Source of the DNA: an uncultured Bacteroidales bacterium
GTDB lineage: Bacteria > Bacteroidota > Bacteroidia > Bacteroidales > Bacteroidaceae
Length of the DNA: 64,000 nt
Reading direction: 5' to 3'
Assembly: GCA_902778625.1 (NCBI GenBank)
Contig: CACYYM010000015.1
Location: forward strand, 5,567-69,566
Shown here: piece after piece, positions 46,315 to 55,358 of the stretch
Numbering within the stretch: position 1 is the first letter of the stretch
Layout: every line of letters begins with the position of its first letter
The notes under the pieces: model-generated
Told to the model about the DNA's origin: nothing
What the model saw: only the letters and a program-made list of their open reading frames with translations
The model's database searches: none
Made by a program: the position numbers and the translations under genes

Positions 46315-47787
46315 TTAGTCTATTTTGAATGTGATTGGAATAGTGACCTGGCATCGTACTGGCTGTCCGTCCTTATAACCAGGTGTCCATCTCGGCATCG
46401 TTTGCACCAGACGAATGGCTTCATTGCTAAGGGATGTGTCTATATTTCTTAAGACTTTAATATTAGTGAGTGAACCGTTCTTCTCTACCACGAACTGAAC
46501 ATACACGCGCCCCTGAATGCCTTGATCCAAAGCTGCTTGCGGATATTGCATATGGTTGTTGATCCATTGCAGCATAGCTTGTTGGCCACCAGGAAACTCA
46601 GGTTGCACTTCCACTACATAGTAGATTTCGTCTCCACTGTCGTCTCCACCGTCATCTCCACCGTCGCCAGTACCAGCGCCACTGCTGCCAGAGCTTTGAT
46701 GTGCCATGATGGTCATGACGGCTGTAACATCAGCGATATCAACTTTGGTGTCATGATTTATATCGGCCTTTTCATCATCACCATTTTCAGCCATAATACT
46801 CAGTATTTTTACCACATCGGCTATATCGACTACTGTATCTGCATTCACATCACCTTTTAGTGGCTTTTGGAATACTACATTAATCGTCACTTTCGATGCA
46901 GGCATTTGGAAGAAATATAGACCCTCTAATCCTTCCTGATTTGCCAAGGTGTATTCAAGATTATTCCCTTCTGCGTCCTTCACCTCGATTGACTTGATTT
47001 CGTAGCCTTCGTCTTGTGTTATGTAGAAACTACCCGAGCTTTCCTTGCTATATGCAGGGAACGCAGCCCTTACTGTGCCACCTTCGTTGTACTGAACATA
47101 TATGGGATACAGAATGTCTGTTTCCTCTCCAGCCAGGAAAGGTGTGCTTGTGATGGAGCCGCTGAACGAGCCTGTAAACCTGTCGTAGAGGCCTATTACG
47201 CCGTTTTTCTTTGCGGGCAAGAATACGTGTACCAGATTAGTCTCGCCTTCGTAAATTTTGAAATCGTACAATGTTACGCAAGAAGCAGAACCATCGATTT
47301 GCACTCCACCAGGCGTGGTGGCTGTGTTCAGGTCGAAGATTAGCATTGGCGTTTTGCCTTCGTCCGCTGTGCCTGTTGTCGTTATAGAACCAAGTAAACC
47401 CTCATCGTCGGTTCCCCATGCAGCCATCTGTCCCATTCCCACAACTTCGATATACCGGTTATAGGGGAGGCCTGAGCCTTGAGTCTCGACGCCAGAGCGA
47501 TTGTAGCAAGGAACGTCCTTACCTGCGAAACGCGAGAAGAAGCAGAAAGCATTGCTTTTGAAGTTGGTCAGTCGAGCTCCGAACAGCGCTTCATAATTCC
47601 TCTGTTGGTTCTGTTCAATCATACAACTCATAGCCACCATCGTGTTAGCCTTGTGGATGTAGTTTGTGTTGAAAGCCTGCTGACCCGTAGATTTGATGTA
47701 AGAAAGCAAGATAATCTCATCGTCACCAGCAGTAGCAGTCATAGTCCCAGCCACAACTGCAAGCATTAAAAGTAACAATTTCTTCAT
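46315..47787 (-). CDS. secreted multidomain protein: unknown N-domain + dockerin-like repeats + Gly/Asp linker + TonB C-terminal domain
   Basis: GDVNADTVVDIADVVKIL / DINHDTKVDIADVTAVM (dockerin-type Ca-binding pair). YVVEVQPEFPGGQQAMLQWINNHMQYP...GRVYVQFVV...G (TonB_C). Confidence 0.6.
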   Translation of the reverse strand: MKKLLLLMLAVVAGTMTATAGDDEIILLSYIKSTGQQAFNTNYIHKANTMVAMSCMIEQNQQRNYEALFGARLTNFKSNAFCFFSRFAGKDVPCYNRSGVETQGSGLPYNRYIEVVGMGQMAAWGTDDEGLLGSITTTGTADEGKTPMLIFDLNTATTPGGVQIDGSASCVTLYDFKIYEGETNLVHVFLPAKKNGVIGLYDRFTGSFSGSITSTPFLAGEETDILYPIYVQYNEGGTVRAAFPAYSKESSGSFYITQDEGYEIKSIEVKDAEGNNLEYTLANQEGLEGLYFFQMPASKVTINVVFQKPLKGDVNADTVVDIADVVKILSIMAENGDDEKADINHDTKVDIADVTAVMTIMAHQSSGSSGAGTGDGGDDGGDDSGDEIYYVVEVQPEFPGGQQAMLQWINNHMQYPQAALDQGIQGRVYVQFVVEKNGSLTNIKVLRNIDTSLSNEAIRLVQTMPRWTPGYKDGQPVRCQVTIPITFKID

Positions 47788-47949
47788 AAAATTAAATATT
47801 GAAAGTTATGTTTTTTACTAATACGGCCTGCAAAATTACAAATAATTGAGAAAAATAACAACTGAATGGTTCATTTTCTTTGCTAAAACATAAACTCTAA
47901 CCTCGACGGAAAGAACCTGTCCACTTATACATGTATAAAAATTTTTTCG

Positions 47950-47957
47950 TATCTTTG
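47950..47957 (+). promoter_or_regulatory. -7 box TATCTTTG for 47990 gene
   Basis: 33 nt upstream of the ATG. Confidence 0.5.
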
Positions 47958-47989
47958 CATCGAAATATAAATCTTAAATAGGAAAACAG

Positions 47990-48721
47990 ATGCAAAAATC
48001 AATTTTAACCTTAGTGAGTGCCACCTTGCTGCTCACGGCTTGTGGAAAGCAAGGTCAGGAAGAAACGAACGAGACGTTTACAGATGCTGTGACGACAGCT
48101 CTATCAGAAGGTGGAACGATAGACATGAACAGCTTCGAGTGGACAAGGGAACCGGCTGGATTTGAAGTGAAGGGTGATACCATCGCTATCACCACAGCTC
48201 CGCACACAGACCTTTGGCAACGCACCTACTATCACTTTCAGAACGACAACGCCCCAGTCCTTCAGATGAAGACGAAGGAACAGTTCTTCAGCTTCGTGGT
48301 GAAGACGGATTTCACGCTGAGTCACCAACGCTTCGACCAGTGCGGTATCGTCATGTACTTGGATAGCGAGAACTGGCTGAAAGGCTCTGTGGAATACGAG
48401 AACGACGAGTTTCAGCATCTTGGCAGTGTGGCTACGAACAACGGCTATTCCGATTGGGCTACGACAGCCATTCCTGCCGATGTCAAGACGATGTGGTATC
48501 GCTTCTCCAGAAGGGCAGACGACTATTGCATCGAATGTTCCAACGATGGCGTAAACTTCAGCCAGATGCGCGTTTGCCACATGTATGCAGGAGCCGATGA
48601 AATCAGCTTCGGCATCTATGCCTGTTCGCCCGAAGAATCATCCTTCACAGCTGTTTTCACAGACATGAAGATAACAGAATGTGCATGGAAGGCTCACGAT
48701 GGTCAACAGCCCGATGAATAA
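47990..48721 (+). CDS. DUF1349-type (concanavalin-like) lipoprotein
   Basis: Lipobox LLLTACG. Overall similarity to the DUF1349 / enolase-regulator-like family (WQRTYY, NWLKGSVEYEN). Confidence 0.55.
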   Translation: MQKSILTLVSATLLLTACGKQGQEETNETFTDAVTTALSEGGTIDMNSFEWTREPAGFEVKGDTIAITTAPHTDLWQRTYYHFQNDNAPVLQMKTKEQFFSFVVKTDFTLSHQRFDQCGIVMYLDSENWLKGSVEYENDEFQHLGSVATNNGYSDWATTAIPADVKTMWYRFSRRADDYCIECSNDGVNFSQMRVCHMYAGADEISFGIYACSPEESSFTAVFTDMKITECAWKAHDGQQPDE

Positions 48722-48731
48722 CGCATAAAGC

Positions 48732-50897
48732 TTAGCGCTTTCCGTAAACTTCGATATCGCCAATGCGGACACGTCCGTCGATGCCGGACTTGGTGACGCT
48801 CACCCTGAAGTATTGGGCCTCTACGGGTGTGATGCTGGCTTCGGTCACTGGAGACAGATTGCCCGTGTAAGTGCCCACCTCAGTCCAGGTCTCACCATCC
48901 AGGCTGGTCTCTACCGTAAAGTCACGATTGTTGAGCTGAGGCGCTAAACCACCTGCTTCTGCGTGACGCACCACATAACGGCTTATCTTGAAGGGCTCCT
49001 TGAAGTCCAGTTGTACCCAGCCTGTGCCATCCGTTGTTCCTGAAACCCATTGATAACCATCCGAGGGCGAGCCATTTGTAGCATTCTCTACTGCAGAACC
49101 AGCTGCGACGGCCGACGAAGTAACCTCCGTGTCCTCCAACATGGAAAGGTTGAAAGGCAAATGACTGGCCTCGTTGTAATAGCTGAACCAATGGTCGGCA
49201 CGGACAATATTGACATTCCCGGGCGAGAGCGCATCAAGCTCTGTCTTCAGCGCGACAAGCTTATCGGGACCAACGTCCCAAACGGTGACTTGACCGCAGA
49301 CAAACATCGGCTTTGAACCATTGAAATTCGTGATGTCGCGGTTGAAGAAGCTGGTGATGACGTTTGTGCCGCTAGCGTAGCAAGGGTATTGAACAGCGAT
49401 GGGCAGCCACCCCGACTGCACCTTCATCGTCAAACGTCCTTCCTGTCGTTCCCAATCGTTGATGGTGAGTCCGTAGAGGTATGGACAGTTGTCGGCATAA
49501 CGCTTGCGCTGCACAGTGCTGATGTCGTCCCAGATTGTTATAACGCGCAGACCGGCCTTCTCGATATAGCGCTGAGTGAGTTGGGTGTATGGGACAATCT
49601 TGTTCGACGAGGCCGGGACATAGTAGCACGAGTTGTGGGCATCGTAAGGCATCGCATAGCCCATACCAGAAGGACCGCTGACGAAGCAGTCGTTGTCTGT
49701 TGCCTTGCGGTAATAGTAGTTCAGCATCATAGGCGCAATGTCGACCAAAGAGGGACTGATGGTCCAGTTCATTGGCATCTGACCTCGGCCACCCTGATTG
49801 AAGATCTTGGCCATAGCGTGCTGGCAGTACTGGATGTTGTCGCCGTCGCTGATATAGACTGCAGCATAGACCTTCTTCTCCAACTTCGGTCGTTTGGGCA
49901 CAGGAGGAATCTTGACGGGCTTGTTGACAGCAGTATATACGGTTGCATTCTCGAAGAAATCGGCAGGTACAGTGGACAGGCCGTACTTGGTGGTCGCACC
50001 CACACCGGAGCGCTCTTCGGGGAACCAGCCCAGAACGAAGTCGCGACCGGGAGTCAAATCCTTGAGAAACTTGTCGAGCAGCTTGCTTTCCTCCTCCACA
50101 CGAGGATCGAGCCAGAGACATGCCGAACCGGCTGCCACACCGATGTCGTGCACATAGGGAATGTTGGGACGTTCGCTGATAATCAAACGGTGGTTGCAAC
50201 GGCTCCAGTAGTTCTCGTAGAGATAGTTGTAGATGTCACGTGTATTGGTCATCGTGAGCGAAGTCAGGTCCACCAGAACGGGAAGGTCAATATGGCGCGC
50301 CGCCAACTTGCTCTGTATCTCGGCCGTAACGGGAAGCAGACGGTCCAGACCGGCTATGGTGACAGCCAGGTTGGCATAGTGGTTGCTTTTCTCGGTACTG
50401 TAGAGCACCAGGCCATTGATTTCATTCTTGTACGTCTTGATCAGATTATAGGCTGTACTTGTAGAAACTGCAGAGGTACTGAGGGCGTGAGCATTAGGCC
50501 AAGTCGCTCGAGGCTCCTCGTTGTGGTTGTAAAGGAGGAGGCGAGGGCGATTACGATTCACGAGACCTTGCAGAGCGCAGAACATCACACGCTCAGCATC
50601 TGTAAACGACGACACGCTGATATCCAACGCCTTGACCGGATTCAACGGAGGAAGGAAGAGCGGCAGCAAACGGTCCTCGGGCCAGCAAAGCTCATCGGAT
50701 TCGAGGATGCGGTAACCGTTATTGTTGAGGTTGTAGGTCGTGTCGGCAAAAGTAATCTTTTCCACCTCGTTCACGTCAGTACGGATAGCAGCGCCGTTGG
50801 AAAGCGTCGTAATCATCGTCGTGGGCTGCTGAGCCTGCGCAACGAGAATCGCAAAGAAAAAAGAAAGAAGAAATATAGTGCGTTTCATAATCATCAA
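48732..50897 (-). CDS. GxGYxYP-family putative glycoside hydrolase with C-terminal F5/8 type C (discoidin) domain
   Basis: GPSGMGYAMPY motif. C-terminal WVSGTTDGTGWVQLDFKEPFKISRYVV. Signal peptide present. Confidence 0.65.
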   Translation of the reverse strand: MMIMKRTIFLLSFFFAILVAQAQQPTTMITTLSNGAAIRTDVNEVEKITFADTTYNLNNNGYRILESDELCWPEDRLLPLFLPPLNPVKALDISVSSFTDAERVMFCALQGLVNRNRPRLLLYNHNEEPRATWPNAHALSTSAVSTSTAYNLIKTYKNEINGLVLYSTEKSNHYANLAVTIAGLDRLLPVTAEIQSKLAARHIDLPVLVDLTSLTMTNTRDIYNYLYENYWSRCNHRLIISERPNIPYVHDIGVAAGSACLWLDPRVEEESKLLDKFLKDLTPGRDFVLGWFPEERSGVGATTKYGLSTVPADFFENATVYTAVNKPVKIPPVPKRPKLEKKVYAAVYISDGDNIQYCQHAMAKIFNQGGRGQMPMNWTISPSLVDIAPMMLNYYYRKATDNDCFVSGPSGMGYAMPYDAHNSCYYVPASSNKIVPYTQLTQRYIEKAGLRVITIWDDISTVQRKRYADNCPYLYGLTINDWERQEGRLTMKVQSGWLPIAVQYPCYASGTNVITSFFNRDITNFNGSKPMFVCGQVTVWDVGPDKLVALKTELDALSPGNVNIVRADHWFSYYNEASHLPFNLSMLEDTEVTSSAVAAGSAVENATNGSPSDGYQWVSGTTDGTGWVQLDFKEPFKISRYVVRHAEAGGLAPQLNNRDFTVETSLDGETWTEVGTYTGNLSPVTEASITPVEAQYFRVSVTKSGIDGRVRIGDIEVYGKR

Positions 50898-50943
50898 TTT
50901 TGTCTTTTTACCTTTTCAATTTATGGTCTCCAATCTTTAATCT

Positions 50944-51504
50944 TCAAAAACGTACCTTCGTAGCGAACGTCCCTACCCTAACGATAAAGACGCCAGAGCC
51001 CAGTGTTTCGCGGCTCAGTCGCAACTCGCCGTCACGGAAAGGAGGAGTCGGCAGACTACGTCCGTCGATAGTGAAGATGTGCGGTTTAACGCCCTGAGGG
51101 ATGCCACGCAGCAAAGCCCCGCCATCCTGCAGCACAAAGGCAAAGCCTTTCAGCTCGTTGACAGGCGTAGCAGAAGAAGCATCGCCAAACACGATTTCTG
51201 CGATGTCGGCAATCTCGAACTGGATAGCATCTTCCGAGCTCGGCTGAATGGAGAGACTGCCACTAGCGACCGTCACAACAGGATTTGTCTCGAACAGCAC
51301 ACCCACAGTGTCGCCGTTCGTAGTCTTCACTATCAGGCCTTGCCCACCCTCTTCCACAGTAAGGAAGCTCAGTTGCTTCAACTCGGCCACCCTCGTCTGG
51401 GCAGTAGTGCCATCCATCTTCACCACATTCATCACCTTCTCCTGAGCCTGTCCCGACAGAGCCCCGAGCAAAAGCATTGCTAAAACAAAAGTTCTTTTCA
51501 TCAC
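50944..51504 (-). CDS. secreted protein with T9SS CTD-like tail, unknown function
   Basis: Signal peptide. C-terminus FTIDGRSL...GVFIVRVGTFATKVRF. Confidence 0.45.
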   Translation of the reverse strand: MMKRTFVLAMLLLGALSGQAQEKVMNVVKMDGTTAQTRVAELKQLSFLTVEEGGQGLIVKTTNGDTVGVLFETNPVVTVASGSLSIQPSSEDAIQFEIADIAEIVFGDASSATPVNELKGFAFVLQDGGALLRGIPQGVKPHIFTIDGRSLPTPPFRDGELRLSRETLGSGVFIVRVGTFATKVRF

Positions 51505-51615
51505 CTTAAAATACTAATACTAATTTAACATCCACGCCACAAAATTACAACTTTTATTTCACATACACAGACATTTCCCACATAAAAAATTCCAAAACCC
51601 TGATTTTCCGCTCAA

Positions 51616-52758
51616 TCACTCCGCCAAACGCTCCTCCCACAACATCTTAAAGAAATCGAGCACGTAGATGCATTCCACTTCTCCGATACGGCGATTGATG
51701 GGGTCGAGCGAAACGATGATAAGACGGCTCTGTGGGTGCTCCTCTCCAAACGCTTTTAAACCCTTCAGATGCTTGGGCATCACCTCTTCAACAGATTTGA
51801 TCTCTATCGCCACCCTGGCATCACCAATGACAGCATCCACCTCTATGCCTGTATAGGTGCGCCAATACGTCAGTTCCTCCTCGGAATGGCGATAATGCAA
51901 ATAGGCGTAAAGCTCCTGAACCACCAGGTGTTCGAAGGCGTGACCATATTCAGTCGTCCCCCTCGTCAGTTCCTTTCTGTGCAACAGATGATTGGCCACT
52001 CCAACATCGAAGTAATAGAACCGAGGTGTGCCAACCAGCCTCCTTTTCATCACCTTGCGGAAAGCGGGAATACGATAGCCTATGAGCGTGTCTTCCAGTA
52101 TGTCGAAATACGAACTGACTGTTGTGGCACTTACGCCACAGTCCTGAGCTATGTTGTTATTATTGATCATCTCGCCGTTTGTCAGGGCTGCTACTTCGAG
52201 GAATCGTTGGAACGAACCAAGGTTCCTGACCAAAGCCTCTTCCTTGATTTCCTCCTTCAGATAAACTTCGATATAAGCTGCAAGTCTGCGAAGCGGATTC
52301 CCTGCCAGATAATGAGAGGGTATCATGCCATAGTTCACAGCGCGGTCTATATCGAAATCGGGAATCTCTGCGCTGACAAATGGATACAGATATACAGGAA
52401 GAGCCCGTCCGCCCAAAGTGTTCCTGCCTTTGCGCTTCAGCTTTCTTGCGCTCGAACCACACAAGATGAATTTGAGCGAACGTTCGGAGATCAGACGATG
52501 AACTTCGTTGAGTAACTCTGGCACTTCGGGTATCTCGTCGATGATGACAAGCGTACCAGATGCTTTGTCGTGAAGCATTTCATAAAGCAGGGCTGGACGA
52601 CGACTCAAGCGGCTCTTCATATCCGTATTGAGCAAATCGATATAGATGGCATCCGGGAACTGTCGTCTTAAAATGGTTGATTTTCCAGTCTGGCGAGCTC
52701 CAAAGAGGAAAATACTGTCATCCAACTCCTTGTTGATCTGAAGAATACGTTCTAGCAT
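51616..52758 (-). CDS. AAA ATPase with DUF4143 C-terminal domain
   Basis: GARQTGKST Walker A and VIIDEI Walker B. Architecture of the AAA_14 + DUF4143 family. Confidence 0.75.
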   Translation of the reverse strand: MLERILQINKELDDSIFLFGARQTGKSTILRRQFPDAIYIDLLNTDMKSRLSRRPALLYEMLHDKASGTLVIIDEIPEVPELLNEVHRLISERSLKFILCGSSARKLKRKGRNTLGGRALPVYLYPFVSAEIPDFDIDRAVNYGMIPSHYLAGNPLRRLAAYIEVYLKEEIKEEALVRNLGSFQRFLEVAALTNGEMINNNNIAQDCGVSATTVSSYFDILEDTLIGYRIPAFRKVMKRRLVGTPRFYYFDVGVANHLLHRKELTRGTTEYGHAFEHLVVQELYAYLHYRHSEEELTYWRTYTGIEVDAVIGDARVAIEIKSVEEVMPKHLKGLKAFGEEHPQSRLIIVSLDPINRRIGEVECIYVLDFFKMLWEERLAE

Positions 52759-52839
52759 AATTGTTACAATATACCTGATTCAACTTTAGAATTTCCTTTA
52801 AAATCGCAAGTACAACTTTTGATTTTCATTCAAATTCCA

Positions 52840-52935
52840 CTGCAAAAATACAACAATATTTACAATAATCAGTCATTCCTTGCAAGTTTTTGCAAAAAAT
52901 AGCAAGAATTTGCACGAATTCAGAAGCAGAATCCT
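52840..52935. repeat. ~96-bp direct repeat carrying a minus-strand TATTTTTG box, copy 1
   Basis: ctgcaaaaatacaacaatatttacaataatcag..cttgcaagtttttgca..tagcaagaatttgca.gaat.cagaagca.aatcct. Near-identical to 53992-54086. Confidence 0.9.
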
Positions 52936-52984
52936 TCCTCCCTTCCTCCCCCTTGAGGGGGGAGTCAGAGGGGGGCTGGTCTCT

Positions 52985-53968
52985 TTACTCCCACTCGATG
53001 GTGCCGGTTGGCTTCGGAGTGAGGTCGTAGAGCACACGGTTCACACCAGGAACCTCTGTGACAATGCGCTGAGTGATGTGGTGCAGCAGGCTATAGGGAA
53101 TCTCCTCGATAGTGGCGGTCATAGCATCACGAGTGTTGACGGCACGGATGATGACGGGCCAATCCCAACTGCGTTTGTTATCCTTGACACCCGTAGATTT
53201 ATAGTCGGGCACAACGGTAAAATACTGCCATACCTTCCCCTCCAGACCATTCTTGGCAAACTCCTCACGCAGGATGGCATCGCTCTCACGCAGCGCCTCC
53301 AGACGATCGCGAGTGATGGCACCAGTGCAGCGAACACCAAGACCCGGGCCTGGGAACGGCTGACGGAACACCATATTGTCGGGCAAACCGAGTTCCTTGC
53401 CCACTACGCGTACCTCGTCCTTGAACAGCAGCTTGATAGGCTCAACCAGTTCGAACTGCAGGTCATCAGGAAGGCCGCCCACGTTGTGGTGTGACTTCAC
53501 AGGGCCCGACTCCACGATATCGGGATAGATCGTACCCTGAGCCAGGAAGCTGATGCCCTCCTGCTTACGAGCCTCTTCCTCAAACACGCGGATAAACTCA
53601 GCACCGATGATCTTGCGCTTCTGCTCCGGATCAGCCACACCGGCCAACTTATCCAAGAAACGATCGGTGGCATCCACATAGACCAGATTGGCATCCAGCT
53701 CGTCGCGGAACACCCTAACCACCTGCTCAGGCTCGCCCTTGCGCAGCAATCCGTGATTGACGTGAACCGAAACCAGTTGCTTACCAACGGCCTTAATCAG
53801 CAAAGCTGCCACAACCGATGAATCCACGCCTCCGGACAAAGCCAGAAGCACCTTCTTGTCACCAATCTGAGCGCGAAGCTCCTTCACCTGTTCGTCAATG
53901 AATTTCTGGGCCAATGCCGGAGTCGTGATGCGCTCCATATCAGCCGGACGTACGTTTCCTTGTGCCAT
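52985..53968 (-). CDS. guaA: GMP synthase ATP-pyrophosphatase + dimerisation domains only (no GATase domain)
   Basis: Start set at MAQGNVRP. LALSGGVDSSV PP-loop and C-terminal ...GTIEWE. 327 aa, compared with the ~515-aa fused enzyme as I remember it. Confidence 0.8.
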   Translation of the reverse strand: MAQGNVRPADMERITTPALAQKFIDEQVKELRAQIGDKKVLLALSGGVDSSVVAALLIKAVGKQLVSVHVNHGLLRKGEPEQVVRVFRDELDANLVYVDATDRFLDKLAGVADPEQKRKIIGAEFIRVFEEEARKQEGISFLAQGTIYPDIVESGPVKSHHNVGGLPDDLQFELVEPIKLLFKDEVRVVGKELGLPDNMVFRQPFPGPGLGVRCTGAITRDRLEALRESDAILREEFAKNGLEGKVWQYFTVVPDYKSTGVKDNKRSWDWPVIIRAVNTRDAMTATIEEIPYSLLHHITQRIVTEVPGVNRVLYDLTPKPTGTIEWE

Positions 53969-53991
53969 AATCTTAAGATTTTCGTTTCCTG

Positions 53992-54086
53992 CTGCAAAAA
54001 TACAATAATATTTATAATTATCAGCAATTTCTTGCAAGTTTTTGCAGAATTAGCAAGAATTTGCATGAATCCAGAAGCAAAATCCT
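53992..54086. repeat. ~96-bp direct repeat, copy 2 (promoter region of the guaA-like gene)
   Basis: See 52840-52935. The box caaaaata at 53995-54002 lies 27 nt upstream of start 53968. Confidence 0.9.
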
Positions 54087-54163
54087 GACATCATCCCTCA
54101 GCCATCAGACATCATCCCTCAGACTTCTCACTTCTCACCCATAACCCATTTCCGCAACTACTT

Positions 54164-54241
54164 CCGCAACTAACATTGCGCCTTCTTGCGCTCCAGTTGG
54201 TGCTCAGGCGCAGGCGGAAGGTGCTAGAGCATCCAAGAAAC
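54164..54241. repeat. 77-bp dispersed element, copy 1
   Basis: ccgcaacta.ca.t.gcgccttcttgcgctccagttggtgctcaggcgcaggcggaaggtgctagagcatc.aagaaac. About 95% identical to 58111-58187. Confidence 0.9.
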
Positions 54242-54390
54242 AGTAAACAGTAAACCGTAAACTGTAAACTTTAAACTTTTATCTTTTAACTTTCAACTCT
54301 AAACTTTAGAACTGACTCTAAACTCTAAACTGTAAACTCTAAACCGTAAACCGTAAACTCTAAACTCTTATCTTTTATCTCTTAACTCTC
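54238..54390. repeat. heptamer stutter array (gtaaac[t/c/a], ctaaact, ttatctt)
   Basis: Read directly. Fills the intergenic DNA downstream of the NYN gene. Confidence 0.9.
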
Positions 54391-54438
54391 GCCTAAATTT
54401 CCTCTCCAGCGTACTTCCACACCTTGTCCGGAGAATCG

Positions 54439-55077
54439 TTACCTTTCTTGGTATTTTTTCCACTTCTCAGGAATAGTAATATCTCTATCCTGAAACTGAA
54501 GATGAACGGTATCTGGCAATAAACATTGTTTAAATCTAGATTCGTAGCGTTGAAGGAAAATTGGAGAACCACATCCCATAGTTGCTAGATTACTGGAGTG
54601 TTGATTAGGGGGGAAATACACATATACGGTTTGCTTTATATCCTTTGCAATCTCGATGGCAGGAACCATATCGCTATCTGCAGAGACGACAATAGCAATG
54701 TCGCAATTTCGTTCGTATGCATCCACGACTATTTGTGTCGCAATTCTTACATCAGTTTCTTTTTCTTCGTGGGTTCGAATTTCATATCCGCAGTTTCTGC
54801 AAACAAATGTTTTCTTCAAATAAGAACCAAGAATAAGATTGAATTTAGGATTCTCTTTGTTTGCTTGGAAAAAGAGCCACTGATTAACATTAGCATCTGG
54901 GTCATTAGGTCGAGCTGAAAAGTATTTAACAGCAACCAATTCCTGATTAGGTTTCATAAACCTTTCGAAGAGACCAACAACGTCTAGCCAATAGTACCTT
55001 TTCCATTTAGGTGAAGCTTTCAATCCATAATAGAAATTGAAGCCATCTATATAGACTATAACTTTCTTTTTCTCCAT
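54439..55077 (-). CDS. NYN-domain (LabA/DUF88-like) putative RNase with CxxC insert
   Basis: VIVYIDGFNFYY, EKETDV and VVSADSDMVPAI acidic motifs. CRNCGY. Visibly more AT-rich than its neighbours. Confidence 0.7.
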   Translation of the reverse strand: MEKKKVIVYIDGFNFYYGLKASPKWKRYYWLDVVGLFERFMKPNQELVAVKYFSARPNDPDANVNQWLFFQANKENPKFNLILGSYLKKTFVCRNCGYEIRTHEEKETDVRIATQIVVDAYERNCDIAIVVSADSDMVPAIEIAKDIKQTVYVYFPPNQHSSNLATMGCGSPIFLQRYESRFKQCLLPDTVHLQFQDRDITIPEKWKKYQER

Positions 55078-55298
55078 TATTATATAAAATAAGCCGCCCC
55101 CTTTCGGAGGCGACGAGCCTTAGCCTTTTTCATCTAAGGGGGATAAATTCTTCTGCAAAGGTCGGACTTTTTTTTGTTTCCACCAAATCCGCCATTATGT
55201 TTTTAAACATTTTTATGAATTCGTGTAGATTCGTGCTATTGACTTTGCTTTTCCGCTGAAGCGCCAGCGACTTGCAGTTCCCTATGGCCGTCGACCTC

Positions 55299-55358
55299 AG
55301 TTCGTGTTCGTTAAACCGTAAACTGTAAACTGTAAACTGTAACCCGTAAACTTTATAT
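55299..55358. repeat. site A: ttcgtgttcgtt core + gtaaact array
   Basis: cagttcgtgttcgttaaaccgtaaactgtaaactgtaaactgtaacccgtaaacttta. Inverted copy at 61214-61292, direct copy of the core at 61569-61583. Confidence 0.85.

Noticed and set aside
49389-50963. 524-aa plus-strand ORF antisense to the GxGYxYP gene. Similar long antisense ORFs occur at 2094..3263, 4680..5564, 5221..6093, 58366..59628, 39826..40695 and 33436..34173.
   Set aside because: Each is fully nested in a strongly supported CDS on the other strand. The compositions are Arg/His/Val-rich with no family resemblance. All are treated as shadow ORFs.
46058-52760. Genomic island integrated at tRNA-Asp
   Set aside because: No integrase or recombinase gene follows the tRNA. 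I could not find a direct repeat of the tRNA 3' end downstream. The genes are accessory-looking but there is no evidence of an integrative element.
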